Shown: positions 35,260 to 45,512, counted from the stretch's first letter. The stretch: DNA of 64,000 nucleotides from an uncultured Rhizobiaceae bacterium (GCA_964577835.1 CAZOBN010000004.1:396-64395); one strand, 5' to 3'. The notes: generated by a model not told the origin, from the sequence alone. Numbers and translations are program-made.

Positions 35260-37197
35260 CTAAGCGGCAACCCGGGCCTTGCGCGATTCCACGTGGGCCA
35301 AGCCCCACAGCAGGCCGCACAAGGCGGCCGCGGCGGCGACCACGGGATATTGCACGACGGGATCGGGGTTCATGGTGAGCGCCGCGAGCCCGGCCATGAT
35401 CAAACGCAGCCACCAGGGGACCCGGCGCTGCAACACCCACCCATGCACGGCGACGATGGCAGCAAGCATCATGACCATCGCGAACAGGCAGTCGGTGACG
35501 ATCTGAAACGCGTCGCCCTCCATCAGCAGCCCCGGGTTGAAGACGAAGTAGAACGGCAGGATGAAACCGCCGATGGCCAGCTTGGTGGTCAGCGGCGCGA
35601 TCTTGTTGGGATTGACCCCCGCGATGGCGGCCGCCGTGAAGCAGGCCACGGCAATGGGTGGTGAAACAGCCGACATGCAGGCGTAGAACAGCATGAACAT
35701 ATGGACGCCGAGCACCGGCAGGCCGAATTTGACGACGAACACCGGCGCGATCAGCGCCACGCCCATGATGTAGACGCCGGTGGTCGGCGCGCCGGCGCCG
35801 ATCAGCACCAAGATGATGGCGGCGAGGATCAAGGACAGGATCACATCGCCACCCGACAGGCCGAACAGCAGCACCGTGAATTTTCCGGACAGGCCGGTCA
35901 GCTCGATGCAGCCGATCATCAGGCCAGCGGCGGCGACCGCGGCGGCGAGCGGCACTATGTTCATGCAAGTGTCGATGCAGGCGGTGACGAACCGCTTGGG
36001 GCCGATCGCATGGGTCTTGGAGAACCAGCTCGACACGATTACGGCGAGGGCCGAACCGGCGCCGATGTAGGCCGGCGAGTAGCCCTTGACCAGGAGATAG
36101 ATGAGCACCGCCCAGGGGATCAAATTATACCAGCCGCGGCGCAGCGCGGCCGTGACGCCGATGATGCGTGCCTCCGGCAGACGCCCGACGCCGAAGCGCA
36201 CCGCGTCGAAATGCACCAGGATGTAGATGCCGAAGTAATAGAGAATCGCGGCCGGCAGGGCGGCGAGCGCGATGGCGCTGTAGGAGATGCCGGTGAAATC
36301 CGCCATGAGGAACGCCACGGCGCCCATCACGGGCGGCAGCATCGCGCCGCCGGTCGATGCGGCGGCCTCGATGGCGGCGGCGCGTTCGGCCGGAATGCCG
36401 ATGCTTTTCATGATCGGGATGCTGACCGGGCCGGTGGTCGCGACGTCGGCCACCGGGCTGCCCGATACGGAACCGTAAAGCGCGCTCGAGAAGACGCAGG
36501 CCTTGGCCGGCCCGCCGACCATGCGGCCGGTGACGGCCGCGGCCAGATCGAACAGCAACTCGCCACCGCCGGCGATGGTGTAGAGACTGCCGAAGAACAC
36601 GAACAGGAAAGCGTAGCTTGCGGCGACATAGAGTGCGCCGCCGAAGATGCCGTCCGTGCCCACCGTCTGCATGTCGAGGAAATACTGCAGCGATATCGGA
36701 TCATGGTGGAAGCTGCCGGAGATCAGCGGTCCCCACACGACATGGAGCAACAGGAGAACCACGATCGATGTCAGGCCCCAGCCGGTGGCGCGCCGGCATA
36801 GCTCGACCACGAGGGCGATGAGCACGATGCCCGCCGCCACGTCGTAGGCGTCGAGCTCGGAGAATCCGCGCATCCAGTTCTGGTATTTCTCATCGTTGAG
36901 CGCATACCAGGCACCGAGGCCGAAGGATACGATCGCCAGCAGGTAATCGAGCCAGGTCAGCCGATCGAAGCGTTTCGAGACGGTGGTGGTGAGAAATCCG
37001 AGCGGGAAGATGAGCGCGATAAAATATGAGACCTGCTTGTGCTCGCTAACCGGCATGTAGAGCGCGTACCAGGCGATCACCAAGGTCATCAGCACCGAGA
37101 CCGCCGCGACCAGCTTGCCGAGCCGGCCGCCGTGATTGAGCCGCATGCCCTCGCCCGTGACGGCCAGGGCCTTTCCCAGGCCAGAGAACAGCGACAT
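35260..37197 (-). CDS. TRAP transporter fused permease (TAXI-type)
   Basis: About 645-aa polytopic protein of the fused DctQ/DctM type. Start at MSLFSGLG, after AGGAG. Confidence 0.8.
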   Translation of the reverse strand: MSLFSGLGKALAVTGEGMRLNHGGRLGKLVAAVSVLMTLVIAWYALYMPVSEHKQVSYFIALIFPLGFLTTTVSKRFDRLTWLDYLLAIVSFGLGAWYALNDEKYQNWMRGFSELDAYDVAAGIVLIALVVELCRRATGWGLTSIVVLLLLHVVWGPLISGSFHHDPISLQYFLDMQTVGTDGIFGGALYVAASYAFLFVFFGSLYTIAGGGELLFDLAAAVTGRMVGGPAKACVFSSALYGSVSGSPVADVATTGPVSIPIMKSIGIPAERAAAIEAAASTGGAMLPPVMGAVAFLMADFTGISYSAIALAALPAAILYYFGIYILVHFDAVRFGVGRLPEARIIGVTAALRRGWYNLIPWAVLIYLLVKGYSPAYIGAGSALAVIVSSWFSKTHAIGPKRFVTACIDTCMNIVPLAAAVAAAGLMIGCIELTGLSGKFTVLLFGLSGGDVILSLILAAIILVLIGAGAPTTGVYIMGVALIAPVFVVKFGLPVLGVHMFMLFYACMSAVSPPIAVACFTAAAIAGVNPNKIAPLTTKLAIGGFILPFYFVFNPGLLMEGDAFQIVTDCLFAMVMMLAAIVAVHGWVLQRRVPWWLRLIMAGLAALTMNPDPVVQYPVVAAAAALCGLLWGLAHVESRKARVAA

Positions 37198-37301
37198 CCG
37201 GATACTCCTGACTAAGTGGTCTCGCGGGCCGCGCACCGGATGAACAGGGCACTGCCGGCGCGCGAAATGAACAGTTGCTGCCCGCGGTTAACGAGGGCCG
37301 G

Positions 37302-38324
37302 TCATTTCAGCAAGCCCTTTTCCCGGTAGAATCGTTCCGCGCCGGGATGAAATGGCAGGTTCATCGGGTTCTTGATCATTTCCTGGCCCGAGAATTCGGC
37401 GAGCGACGGATGGAGACTCTGCACGCGCTTCTGGCCATCGTAGACCGCCTTGACGAATTTGTAGACGGTTTCCTCGGAGACGTGAGGGCCGGTGTTGATG
37501 GTGTTCCACAGCTTGAGGGTGGCGGTGTCCTTGTCGAGGAAGCTGTAGAGGTTCTTGTCGACGGTCATCGTCTCATAGGCCCATTCGTCGGCCGCCTTCT
37601 TCATCTTTGCCGGGTCGCCTTCGATCCACACCATCGGGCGACCGCGCGCCAGTTCCGCCGTCGTCGAATCGGGCAGGAACCGGCCATTGATGAAGACGTC
37701 GGCCTTGCCGTCGCGCATCGCGTCGAGGCCGATGCCGCTGTTGCCGCGGACGAAGCTGCCGCCCCACTTCTGGATATCGCCTTCCTCGAAACCGTGCGCC
37801 TTGAAGATGGCGATATGCATCCCGAGGGTCGACTGCAGATTGGCCAGGTCGTTCACGGCGAGACGCATCGGCGGCTTCTTGGCGGCGATGTCGTCGAAGG
37901 TCTTGATGCCGTACTTCTCCGACCACTCCTTCGTCATGAAGCTGTGCACGATGAGATGCCGGTGCAGCATCATGACATGAAGGATCTTGCCCTTGAGGGG
38001 TTCCTTGAAAGGCGGCTTGCCCTCCATCCCATAGACGATTTCCGGCGCGCCCGAAGTGAAGGTGAACTCCGCCTTGCCCGTGGCGACCTCGAGGATGCCG
38101 CCGGCTGGAGAGCCAGGCCGGAATGTCGCGGCGCTGTCGGGATAGGCATCGCGCACGATGCCGTTGATCGCCTCGACGACCACCTTGAAGTAGCCTTGGA
38201 CAGAGGCGCCGGTGACCGTGTATTTGATCGGTTTGTTGTCGTTCAGATCGGCGAGCGCCGGGCCCGCCATTCCCACCCCAAGCAGCATCGCGGCTGCCCA
38301 AACACGTGCCGAACGAAGTTTCAT
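37302..38324 (-). CDS. TAXI-family TRAP solute-binding protein
   Basis: Signal peptide ending ALA, followed by a TAXI-type periplasmic binding fold. Adjacent to the fused permease. Confidence 0.8.
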   Translation of the reverse strand: MKLRSARVWAAAMLLGVGMAGPALADLNDNKPIKYTVTGASVQGYFKVVVEAINGIVRDAYPDSAATFRPGSPAGGILEVATGKAEFTFTSGAPEIVYGMEGKPPFKEPLKGKILHVMMLHRHLIVHSFMTKEWSEKYGIKTFDDIAAKKPPMRLAVNDLANLQSTLGMHIAIFKAHGFEEGDIQKWGGSFVRGNSGIGLDAMRDGKADVFINGRFLPDSTTAELARGRPMVWIEGDPAKMKKAADEWAYETMTVDKNLYSFLDKDTATLKLWNTINTGPHVSEETVYKFVKAVYDGQKRVQSLHPSLAEFSGQEMIKNPMNLPFHPGAERFYREKGLLK

Positions 38325-38498
38325 CGCGTCCTCCCTGCCCTACCCTTGCTCGCGGTCTTTGCCGCTCGATCCTTCCAGAGCAGCGGCACTGTAGGAAGTG
38401 CCCTCCGATGAGTCAACTCGCCCGGACACGAACCTCGGGAAAGAGATTGTTCCGAATTCGCAAGCGCAAGAAGACGGACTCCAGAATCGCCGGCAGGC

Positions 38499-38894
38499 TC
38501 ACGGTTGAATGTGAAGCGTGACCCGGTCGCCGTCGGCCAGCGCCAAATGGCTTCGGAGATTCACCGACGCGACGATCTCAACCTGGTCGGGCGGGTAGTC
38601 GGCGACCAGCGGCAGCACGATGACACCCTTGGCCTGGGTATGGCCGAATTCCATCCGCACCGAAAAGTACTTCGCATCGCACCATGCCGGATCGGGGGCG
38701 GCGAAGGTCCGGCCACGCGCGGCCACCTCGCGCCACGCGGACAAGGAGGTCTTGCTGACCTTGATGTTGAGGGTGCCCGGATAGGGATCGATGCCGTACT
38801 CCTCCTCGAAAATCTTCATCGCCCAGTCCGTGCTGGTGAAACTCGCCCCCACGCCCTTGCCGCTGACGACTTCCCCTGAAATGCGAATGGTCAT
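38499..38894 (-). CDS. DUF120 / archaeal-type CTP-dependent riboflavin kinase-like protein
   Basis: GEVVSGKGVGASF, PYPGTLNIKV and GVIVLP...VEIVASVNLR...GDRVTL align by eye with the M. jannaschii RibK pattern (GEVVSGLGEG, PYEGTLNLKL, GAIVVP...IEIIAP). Confidence 0.7.
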   Translation of the reverse strand: MTIRISGEVVSGKGVGASFTSTDWAMKIFEEEYGIDPYPGTLNIKVSKTSLSAWREVAARGRTFAAPDPAWCDAKYFSVRMEFGHTQAKGVIVLPLVADYPPDQVEIVASVNLRSHLALADGDRVTLHIQP

Positions 38895-39787
38895 ACAGCG
38901 ATCCCCGCGTCGTTGAAGGCGCGCCGCGCCGCGGCGTGAAGCGCCACTCCGCCCGGTTGCAGCACCGCAACGCCCTTCGCCTTCGCCGAAGCGATGATCG
39001 AGGGCAGACTTTCATAAAGCGGATTGCGCGCGGCGAGCGCCTGCGCCTCGGCGGCAAACAGCCGCGCGACGGCATAAACCCGCTCGTCGCTCTCCCGTGT
39101 GCCGCTGACCAGCACATTCTGCACCCCGATTGTTTCCACATCGCGACCATGGCCGCGGAAGGCGCCGGCCCGCATGGTCGTCCGCGCGTAGATCGGCGTC
39201 TTGGCCAGAATGGTTCCGAGTTCCTCGTCCGCGAACGGCACGACTCTCACCTCGGCGCGCCTGAGCAGACCGGTGAAATGGGTGTTGGGTAACGGAGGCT
39301 GAAATTGCGCGTCGACCGTGCCCTCCGCCAGCGCGATGCCGCCGTCGGCCTGGTTGAGGAACGCCGGTACGATGTCGCCGAGCTTCCAGCCGAGCGCCTC
39401 GAAGAGGGTGGTGACATGCCGCGCCATGCCGCTGTCCCTGTAGCCGATGGCGACCCGACGGCCGCGCAGATCGCTGAACGTGCGGATCGGTGATGACTTC
39501 CGCACGACGAAGAACATCGGCCCAGTGTTGACCGGCGAGACCATGGCGAGATCGATCGGCGCCTTGAACGGATCCCGGCCGGCAACCGCGAGCGGCGCCC
39601 AATTGGCCGCCATGAATCCGAACTGCGCCTCGCCTGTCCCGATCAGTTCGGCATTGGCGACGCTCCCTGTCGAGGTGGCGACCCGCAAATCCTCGCCGTA
39701 GCCCCGCTCCCTCAGCAGGTCGGCGAGGGCCATGCCTTGGGTATGGAAGGTATTGCCCTGTTCGGCAGTCGCAATGATGAGAGTCAC
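38891..39787 (-). CDS. TAXI-like solute-binding-fold protein lacking a signal peptide
   Basis: The protein begins directly with the core beta strand (MTLIIATAEQGNTFHTQG) and has no hydrophobic leader. It overlaps the DUF120 gene by 4 nt. Confidence 0.6.
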   Translation of the reverse strand: MTLIIATAEQGNTFHTQGMALADLLRERGYGEDLRVATSTGSVANAELIGTGEAQFGFMAANWAPLAVAGRDPFKAPIDLAMVSPVNTGPMFFVVRKSSPIRTFSDLRGRRVAIGYRDSGMARHVTTLFEALGWKLGDIVPAFLNQADGGIALAEGTVDAQFQPPLPNTHFTGLLRRAEVRVVPFADEELGTILAKTPIYARTTMRAGAFRGHGRDVETIGVQNVLVSGTRESDERVYAVARLFAAEAQALAARNPLYESLPSIIASAKAKGVAVLQPGGVALHAAARRAFNDAGIAV

Positions 39788-39802
39788 GAAGGGCGGTATC
39801 CT

Positions 39803-40225
39803 CTAGTGCACGGTGGGTTGCGGCGATGGCGAAGATGGCATGTCCTTCGGCGCATGGGACGTCTGGCCGGACTGATGCAGCACCATCTTCCAGGCGCCGC
39901 GTTCGCGCACGAACAGATTGGCGGCAACCAGATGCATGGCGCCGATCGATTCCCAGCAGATCACCAAGGCCGCGTTACCGTGCAGTTGAACCTGGGGTTG
40001 CACGGCGACGATCGGCGGCCGCGGCGGATTGGCCAGGATACCCTGCCAACTCTGCATGATCTTGACGCGATCCTGCAACGGCGGCCAGCCCGGATGGACG
40101 CAGGCCACAGGGCTTTCACGCGCCCACAGGGCATCCATGGCCTGGAAATCGCCACGGGCGAAGGCGGCGTAAAAGGCTTCGTTCGCCTTCAGCGCCGCAT
40201 CCTCGTCACTCGGGTCTGCTGGCAA
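39803..40225 (-). CDS. NTF2/SnoaL-like (DUF4440-type) protein
   Basis: N-terminal AN.AFY.AF..GD...M..LW pattern typical of SnoaL-like domains. Confidence 0.6.
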   Translation of the reverse strand: MPADPSDEDAALKANEAFYAAFARGDFQAMDALWARESPVACVHPGWPPLQDRVKIMQSWQGILANPPRPPIVAVQPQVQLHGNAALVICWESIGAMHLVAANLFVRERGAWKMVLHQSGQTSHAPKDMPSSPSPQPTVH

Positions 40226-40307
40226 ATCGGCTGGTCCTCACCGGCGAGCGATACCGGTCCGGCACCACCCCTGACTGGCACAGGTTAGCACTCGGACGGC
40301 CGGACGC

Positions 40308-41402
40308 TCAATCCGAACCGCCGCCGCCCCCGCTTTCCTGGGCGCCTTCCTTGACGGTGCGGTCCGCCGCCCTGGGTTTGAGCGCATCGGCGGCGGCCTT
40401 GGCGATATCCGGCGAGATGGCGAAGGCCGTCTTGATGATCGTGTCGAGACGCTCGCCGTCGAACCATTCGAGCTCGAGATGCTGCTTCTCCGCTTCGGAT
40501 ACGAAGCCCGGGTCCTTCATCGTGGCATTGAACGCCGCGCGCAACATCTTGACCCGGTCCTCGGCCACGCCCGGCGGCGCCAGCACGGGCCGGTCCATCT
40601 CCATGGGGGCCAGCACGAGCCCGAGGATATTCTTGCTGCGCTCGTCCTTGATCAGTTCCATGACCGTCGGCACATCGGGGAAATCCGGGTCGCGCTCGGA
40701 CGAGATCTGGATGACCACCTGGACCTTCTTCTGCGGGAACCAGTCCGGCCGCGTGCTGCGAATCGACGATTTCAGCCCGCCGCAGCGGCCGTGCACCTCG
40801 CCGCGCTCCATGGCGAGATAGACGTCATTGCCACCCTTGTAGCCGGAGATGATCTTGTTCTTGGTGCCGAGGATGGCGTTGAGCATCGCCGGCAGGGTTT
40901 CCATCTGCGATCCCGCGCCGGTGCCGCCGACGATGAACTGCTTCTCGTACATGTCTTTATAGGTCTTGATCGGCGAGTCGTGCCAGGCGACGCAGATCCC
41001 GTTCGCCGTGTTCATGCTGCCGATCCAGTTGAACTTGGTCGAATCGAACTTTGCCGCATCCAGGCCATAGAGCGGCGCCAGCGGCACGCTCGAATGGATC
41101 AGGCCGAGCATACTGCCGTCCTTCGGCGCATTGGTGTAGAGGAAATTGGTCGCCCGCAGGCCGCCGCCGCCCGGCATGTTCTGCACGATGATGTTGGGAT
41201 TGCCCGGCAGGTGATTGCCGAAATAGCGCGCGAAGGCGCGGCCGTAGGAGGCGTAGCCGCCGCCCGCGCCGGCGCTCAGCGTCAGGGTGATGTCTTTCGT
41301 CTTCTTGAAAAACTCCTCGGCCGATTGGGCCGCGGCCCGATCGCTCGAGACGACGACCAGGGACGCGGCGAAGACCAGAGGAATTGCCGTCATCGAACGC
41401 AT
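40308..41402 (-). CDS. Bug-family (TctC-like) tripartite tricarboxylate transporter binding protein
   Basis: Signal peptide, then the NMPGGGGL motif and GSQMET... Start set at MRSMTAIPL, after GGAGA. Confidence 0.8.
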   Translation of the reverse strand: MRSMTAIPLVFAASLVVVSSDRAAAQSAEEFFKKTKDITLTLSAGAGGGYASYGRAFARYFGNHLPGNPNIIVQNMPGGGGLRATNFLYTNAPKDGSMLGLIHSSVPLAPLYGLDAAKFDSTKFNWIGSMNTANGICVAWHDSPIKTYKDMYEKQFIVGGTGAGSQMETLPAMLNAILGTKNKIISGYKGGNDVYLAMERGEVHGRCGGLKSSIRSTRPDWFPQKKVQVVIQISSERDPDFPDVPTVMELIKDERSKNILGLVLAPMEMDRPVLAPPGVAEDRVKMLRAAFNATMKDPGFVSEAEKQHLELEWFDGERLDTIIKTAFAISPDIAKAAADALKPRAADRTVKEGAQESGGGGGSD

Positions 41403-41416
41403 GGGTGTCTCCGCCG

Positions 41417-42235
41417 TTACCGTTGGGCGACGGACAGCAGGACGCCATCCGAGTCGGCCATGAAATACTGGCCGAGCGGGCAACTCTTGCGGAACAGCTC
41501 GAGCCGGGCGGCGCCTTCCGACCCGGTGCCGACCGGGCTCGGCGTGAGGCGCGGATTGTCGCCCGCGACCTTGTCGACGTCCTTCTTGAACTGCTCGATG
41601 CTCTCGACGGTGAAGCCGATATGGTCCATGCCGGGCGAGACGATGCCGGTGCCGTCGTAGTCGGTGATGTGCCAGGGCATGATCATCAGGGTCATGCGGC
41701 CGTCGGTGACATAGTAGTTGGGGTCGCCCTCGGCCTTGTTGCGGGTGTCGAGATCGAACACGTCGACGTAGAACTGCGCCATCTCCTCAGGGTTCAGCGT
41801 GCGCATGGCGACATGGCTGATATAGCGATCCTGGCTGCGCTTGCCCGTGTCCTCATGGTCGGCATAGACCTCGGTGCGGTTCGACATGTCCTTCTGGGAC
41901 AGGTCGAACACGTTGCCGTCCGGATCGTGGGTGGTGATGCCGGCGAACGGCCGGGTCGACGGGCGCTTGAGCCATTCGAGCCTCGGGTATGTCTTGCGCA
42001 TGCGGTCGAACACGGTGTCGACGTTCTCGACCTGAATGCCGAAATGATCGAGCCGCGCCGGCCGCCCGGCGCGCCGCGGATTGATGTTGAGCCCGACGTA
42101 GCCGTCGCCGACGGTCACCGCGCGCTGCGGCCGCGCGTTGCCTGACGTCTTCATGCCGAACATCGACTCGTAGAACTTGCCGAGCTGCGCGTAGTTCTCG
42201 CTGACGGTCGCGACGTGATTGATCTTGGCAAACAT
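41417..42235 (-). CDS. two-domain VOC-family protein (extradiol dioxygenase/glyoxalase fold)
   Basis: Two VOC modules (INHVATV.. and ISHVAMRT..) with His/Glu metal-ligand positions. Confidence 0.7.
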   Translation of the reverse strand: MFAKINHVATVSENYAQLGKFYESMFGMKTSGNARPQRAVTVGDGYVGLNINPRRAGRPARLDHFGIQVENVDTVFDRMRKTYPRLEWLKRPSTRPFAGITTHDPDGNVFDLSQKDMSNRTEVYADHEDTGKRSQDRYISHVAMRTLNPEEMAQFYVDVFDLDTRNKAEGDPNYYVTDGRMTLMIMPWHITDYDGTGIVSPGMDHIGFTVESIEQFKKDVDKVAGDNPRLTPSPVGTGSEGAARLELFRKSCPLGQYFMADSDGVLLSVAQR

Positions 42236-42251
42236 TCCTTACTCCATTCTT

Positions 42252-42722
42252 TTACGATTTCACCGCCGTGAAGCGTTGCGAGCTGCCCACCTGATAGCGT
42301 TGCGGCGCGACATCGGTGCGGCCGGTACTTTTGTCCTGGCGATCGTGAATCGCGGAGACCTGCAGCAGCTCGAGCTCGCCCTCGCCGACATTCTCGAACC
42401 AATAGCGCGAATAGGCCGGCGTAAGGGTGCCCTCGCTGGGGCCGAATTCGCCGATCGCCTCGTCGTCCGGCCCGTAGAACCGCACGCGCCCCTTCAGCAC
42501 CATCCATAGGCTGTCGCTGTTGGTGTGGTAGTGCAGGTTGTTCTCGCCGCCGTTCTTCTTCACGATCTGCACGATGCCGCGCAGCCGGTCGCTCTTGGCG
42601 AGCTCGACGCGGCCCTTGCCGCTCGACACCCCTTCCGGCTTGGCATAGCTGAAGGTCGTCACATGGGACTCCGCCTCGCTGTGCATCTCGTTCAGGTCGT
42701 CGGACGAAAGCTTTGTCGACAT
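42252..42722 (-). CDS. cupin-domain protein
   Basis: Cupin motifs (NLHYHTNSDSLWMVLKG ... GTLTPAYSRYWFEN). Confidence 0.65.
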   Translation of the reverse strand: MSTKLSSDDLNEMHSEAESHVTTFSYAKPEGVSSGKGRVELAKSDRLRGIVQIVKKNGGENNLHYHTNSDSLWMVLKGRVRFYGPDDEAIGEFGPSEGTLTPAYSRYWFENVGEGELELLQVSAIHDRQDKSTGRTDVAPQRYQVGSSQRFTAVKS

Positions 42723-42762
42723 CGATTTCTCCTGTCATTCGACTCTGGCGCGCGGTCGGCTG

Positions 42763-44058
42763 TCATTCGCAAGCGATCAGCGTGGCCTCGGATTTGTCGC
42801 CGGTGTAGGTCACTTCGCAGGCCATGCCGGGCTTGAGCTTGTCGCGCGGGCCTTCCTGGCCGCCGAAGGTGATCTTGCTGCGGGCGCCAGAGAGCGTCAC
42901 CGTGTGTACGTCGTCGCGCGCCTTGAAGCTGAGTTCCCGGCCGCCTTCGTTGACCGCCTCGAGCTTGGTCTTGACCTTCATTTCATCTGGCGCCTTCTTG
43001 ACGATCTGCATCTTGTCCGTCCGCGTGATGGCGAGCGACGCCTTCTCGATGAACGGTTTGGGATAGGCGTAAAGCTTGTTGATGAGCTGCTCGATTCGCT
43101 CGCCGGATACCGTCCCCACTTCGAGCTGCTGCTTCTGTGCCAGGGCGACGAACTCCGGATCGGCCATGCTCTTGTCGAAGGCCGCGCGCAGCGCCGCCAA
43201 GCGGTCGGCCGGCACGTTGGGCGTGGTCAGGATCGGACGGCCCATGAGCTGGGGCGAGATGATCAGCTCGATGATCTGGCGCTGTTCCTCGCTCGTCGCC
43301 AGTTCGCCGAGCAACGGCACGTTCGGCAGCTCGGGATGCTTGTCGACGCCGAGCTGGACCAGCAACGTGATCTTGTTCTCCTTGATCCACTGGCCGCGGG
43401 TGCTTTCGATGCTGCTCCACGACCAGCCGCAGCGGCCGTCGATCTCGCCGCGCTCGAACGCCAGGTTGATGGCGCCGCCCGAGTTGTAGCCGGTGATCAG
43501 CTTCATCTTGGTGTCGAACAGATTGTTGATCAGGTTCGGATACATGTCGGTGTCCGAACCCGGGCCCAATCCGCCGACGATCAACGGATATTGCTGGAGG
43601 TCCTTGAAGGTCTTGACCTTCGAGCCGTGCCAGGCGACGCACAGGCTGACCTCGTTGTTCATGCTGCCGATCCAGCCGAACTTGGTGGGGTCGAACTTGA
43701 CTCCCTGGGCATCGAACAGCGGCGCCGTCGAGACCGCGCCGCGGTGGATCAGCGCGATCACGCTGCCATCCTTCGCCGCCACGTTGTAGAGATGGTTGGC
43801 GGCCACGATGCCGCCGGCGCCCTGCATATGCTGGATGATCAGCCGTGGCTTGCCCGGGAGATATTTTTCCATGAACGGCATCAGGGCATGGGCGTACGTG
43901 CCGTAGCCTCCGCCCTGGCCCGCCGAGATGAGCATCTTCATCTCGCGACCCTTGTAGAAGGCATCCGCCGATTGCGCCTGCCCCAGGCCGCTCGCCATGA
44001 CGGTGAGCCCGGCGGCCAGAATCGTCACGCGCGCCACGCCAGTCCGTTTCGTCATCAT
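42763..44058 (-). CDS. Bug-family binding protein with ~87-aa C-terminal extension
   Basis: Signal peptide and the HMQGAGGI motif. After the usual Bug end (YAYPKPFIEKASLAI) comes an additional beta-rich tail ending ...EVTYTGDKSEATLIACE. Confidence 0.75.
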   Translation of the reverse strand: MMTKRTGVARVTILAAGLTVMASGLGQAQSADAFYKGREMKMLISAGQGGGYGTYAHALMPFMEKYLPGKPRLIIQHMQGAGGIVAANHLYNVAAKDGSVIALIHRGAVSTAPLFDAQGVKFDPTKFGWIGSMNNEVSLCVAWHGSKVKTFKDLQQYPLIVGGLGPGSDTDMYPNLINNLFDTKMKLITGYNSGGAINLAFERGEIDGRCGWSWSSIESTRGQWIKENKITLLVQLGVDKHPELPNVPLLGELATSEEQRQIIELIISPQLMGRPILTTPNVPADRLAALRAAFDKSMADPEFVALAQKQQLEVGTVSGERIEQLINKLYAYPKPFIEKASLAITRTDKMQIVKKAPDEMKVKTKLEAVNEGGRELSFKARDDVHTVTLSGARSKITFGGQEGPRDKLKPGMACEVTYTGDKSEATLIACE

Positions 44059-44183
44059 TCGCACCTCCCACGACCGCGCCGTCTTTTCGACGGTCTTCGC
44101 GCCGCAAGTGTAAGCCCCTCTCGGAAGGCTCGGCAAACGAATTCCCGATCGATGGCGATGCTCTACAAGACCATCAAAGGCTT

Positions 44184-45512
44184 GTGCGCTCGGGGCGAAT
44201 TCCCGATAGTCTGCTTTCGAAGTATGGTGCCAATCTCCAGTCCGGTGACGTTCCCTTGTTGATTCGCGCGTTCAAAGCCAATCCCCACGGCTGGGTGGTT
44301 GTTCTCGTCTGCTTCTTCGCCCTGAGCGTCGTCTCGGCAACACGGGCGAGCATCGGACTCGTCATGCCGTCCTTGGAATCGGAATTCGGTTGGAGCCGCG
44401 GCTTCGTGTCGTCGGTCGCGGCCTACTCGCTGATCACCATGGCGATCGCCGCGCCCTTCGTGGGCAACCTGCTCGATCGCTACGGGCCGCGCGCCATCCT
44501 GGTGGTCGGTCTCGCGCTGACCGGCACAGGCCTGATCTCCTGCGCTTTCATCGAGGTGCCGTGGCATTTCATGGCGAGCTTCGCGGTTCTCGCCGGGCTG
44601 GGCTACGGCACGGTGGCAAAGAGCATGGTATCGGCCACCATCGCCGGCTATTTCGACGAGAACCGAGGTCTCGCCATCGGCGTCGCCGCCGCCGGATCGA
44701 CCGCCGGCCAGCTCGCGTTGCTGCCGGCCCTGGCCGTGGTGATGACCGCCATGGGGTGGCGCACGGGCTATGTCTTTCTCGGCATCGCCTGCTTCGCGCT
44801 CATTCCCTTCGTCTGGACCATGATCGGCGACGGCCGCAAGAAGCCGGTCATGCGCAAGGGGCCGGCGGCGCCCGCCGGCCTCGGCCAGCGGCTCGGCTAC
44901 ATCTTCGCCAACCGCACCTTCCTTCTGCTGCTCGTCAGCTATACGATCTGCGGCTTCACCACCGCCGGCGTGATCGAGACCCATCTCATTCCCTATGTCC
45001 AGAGCTGCGGCCTGCCGGTCACCACCGGCGCCTATGCCTACGGCACATTGGCGGCCTTCAACATGGGCGGCATGGCGCTCGCCGGTTACCTGGCGGACAA
45101 GTGGCATCGGCCGCGCCTGCTCGCCGCCGTCTATGCCGGACGCGGCTTCTCCTTCATCCTGCTGATGATGGTGCCGGCCTACGACGTCGCGCCGCTGTTT
45201 CTCTTCGCCGTGCTGTTCGGCATCTTCGACTATTCGACGATTCCCTTGACCACGTCGCTGGTCTCGACCCATGTCGGCTTGCGCGTGATGGGGCTGGCGC
45301 TCGGCCTGCTCGGTGCTTTCCATTCGGCGGGCGCCGCGGCGGGCGCCTTCATGGGCGGCATCCTCTATGACCTGTTTCAACAGTATGACTGGATCTGGAT
45401 CGTCTCGATCGGTTTGGCGCTGTTCGCCGCCATGCTGGCGATCCTCATCCCGGAGGATCGCGAGGGGGTCGAGAAGCGCATGGTCGCCGCCGTCGCCGCG
45501 CCGGCCCGATAG
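44184..45512 (+). CDS. MFS transporter
   Basis: 12-TM pattern with an MFS loop motif (G.L.DR.GPR). Start uncertain. Confidence 0.75.
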   Translation: MRSGRIPDSLLSKYGANLQSGDVPLLIRAFKANPHGWVVVLVCFFALSVVSATRASIGLVMPSLESEFGWSRGFVSSVAAYSLITMAIAAPFVGNLLDRYGPRAILVVGLALTGTGLISCAFIEVPWHFMASFAVLAGLGYGTVAKSMVSATIAGYFDENRGLAIGVAAAGSTAGQLALLPALAVVMTAMGWRTGYVFLGIACFALIPFVWTMIGDGRKKPVMRKGPAAPAGLGQRLGYIFANRTFLLLLVSYTICGFTTAGVIETHLIPYVQSCGLPVTTGAYAYGTLAAFNMGGMALAGYLADKWHRPRLLAAVYAGRGFSFILLMMVPAYDVAPLFLFAVLFGIFDYSTIPLTTSLVSTHVGLRVMGLALGLLGAFHSAGAAAGAFMGGILYDLFQQYDWIWIVSIGLALFAAMLAILIPEDREGVEKRMVAAVAAPAR

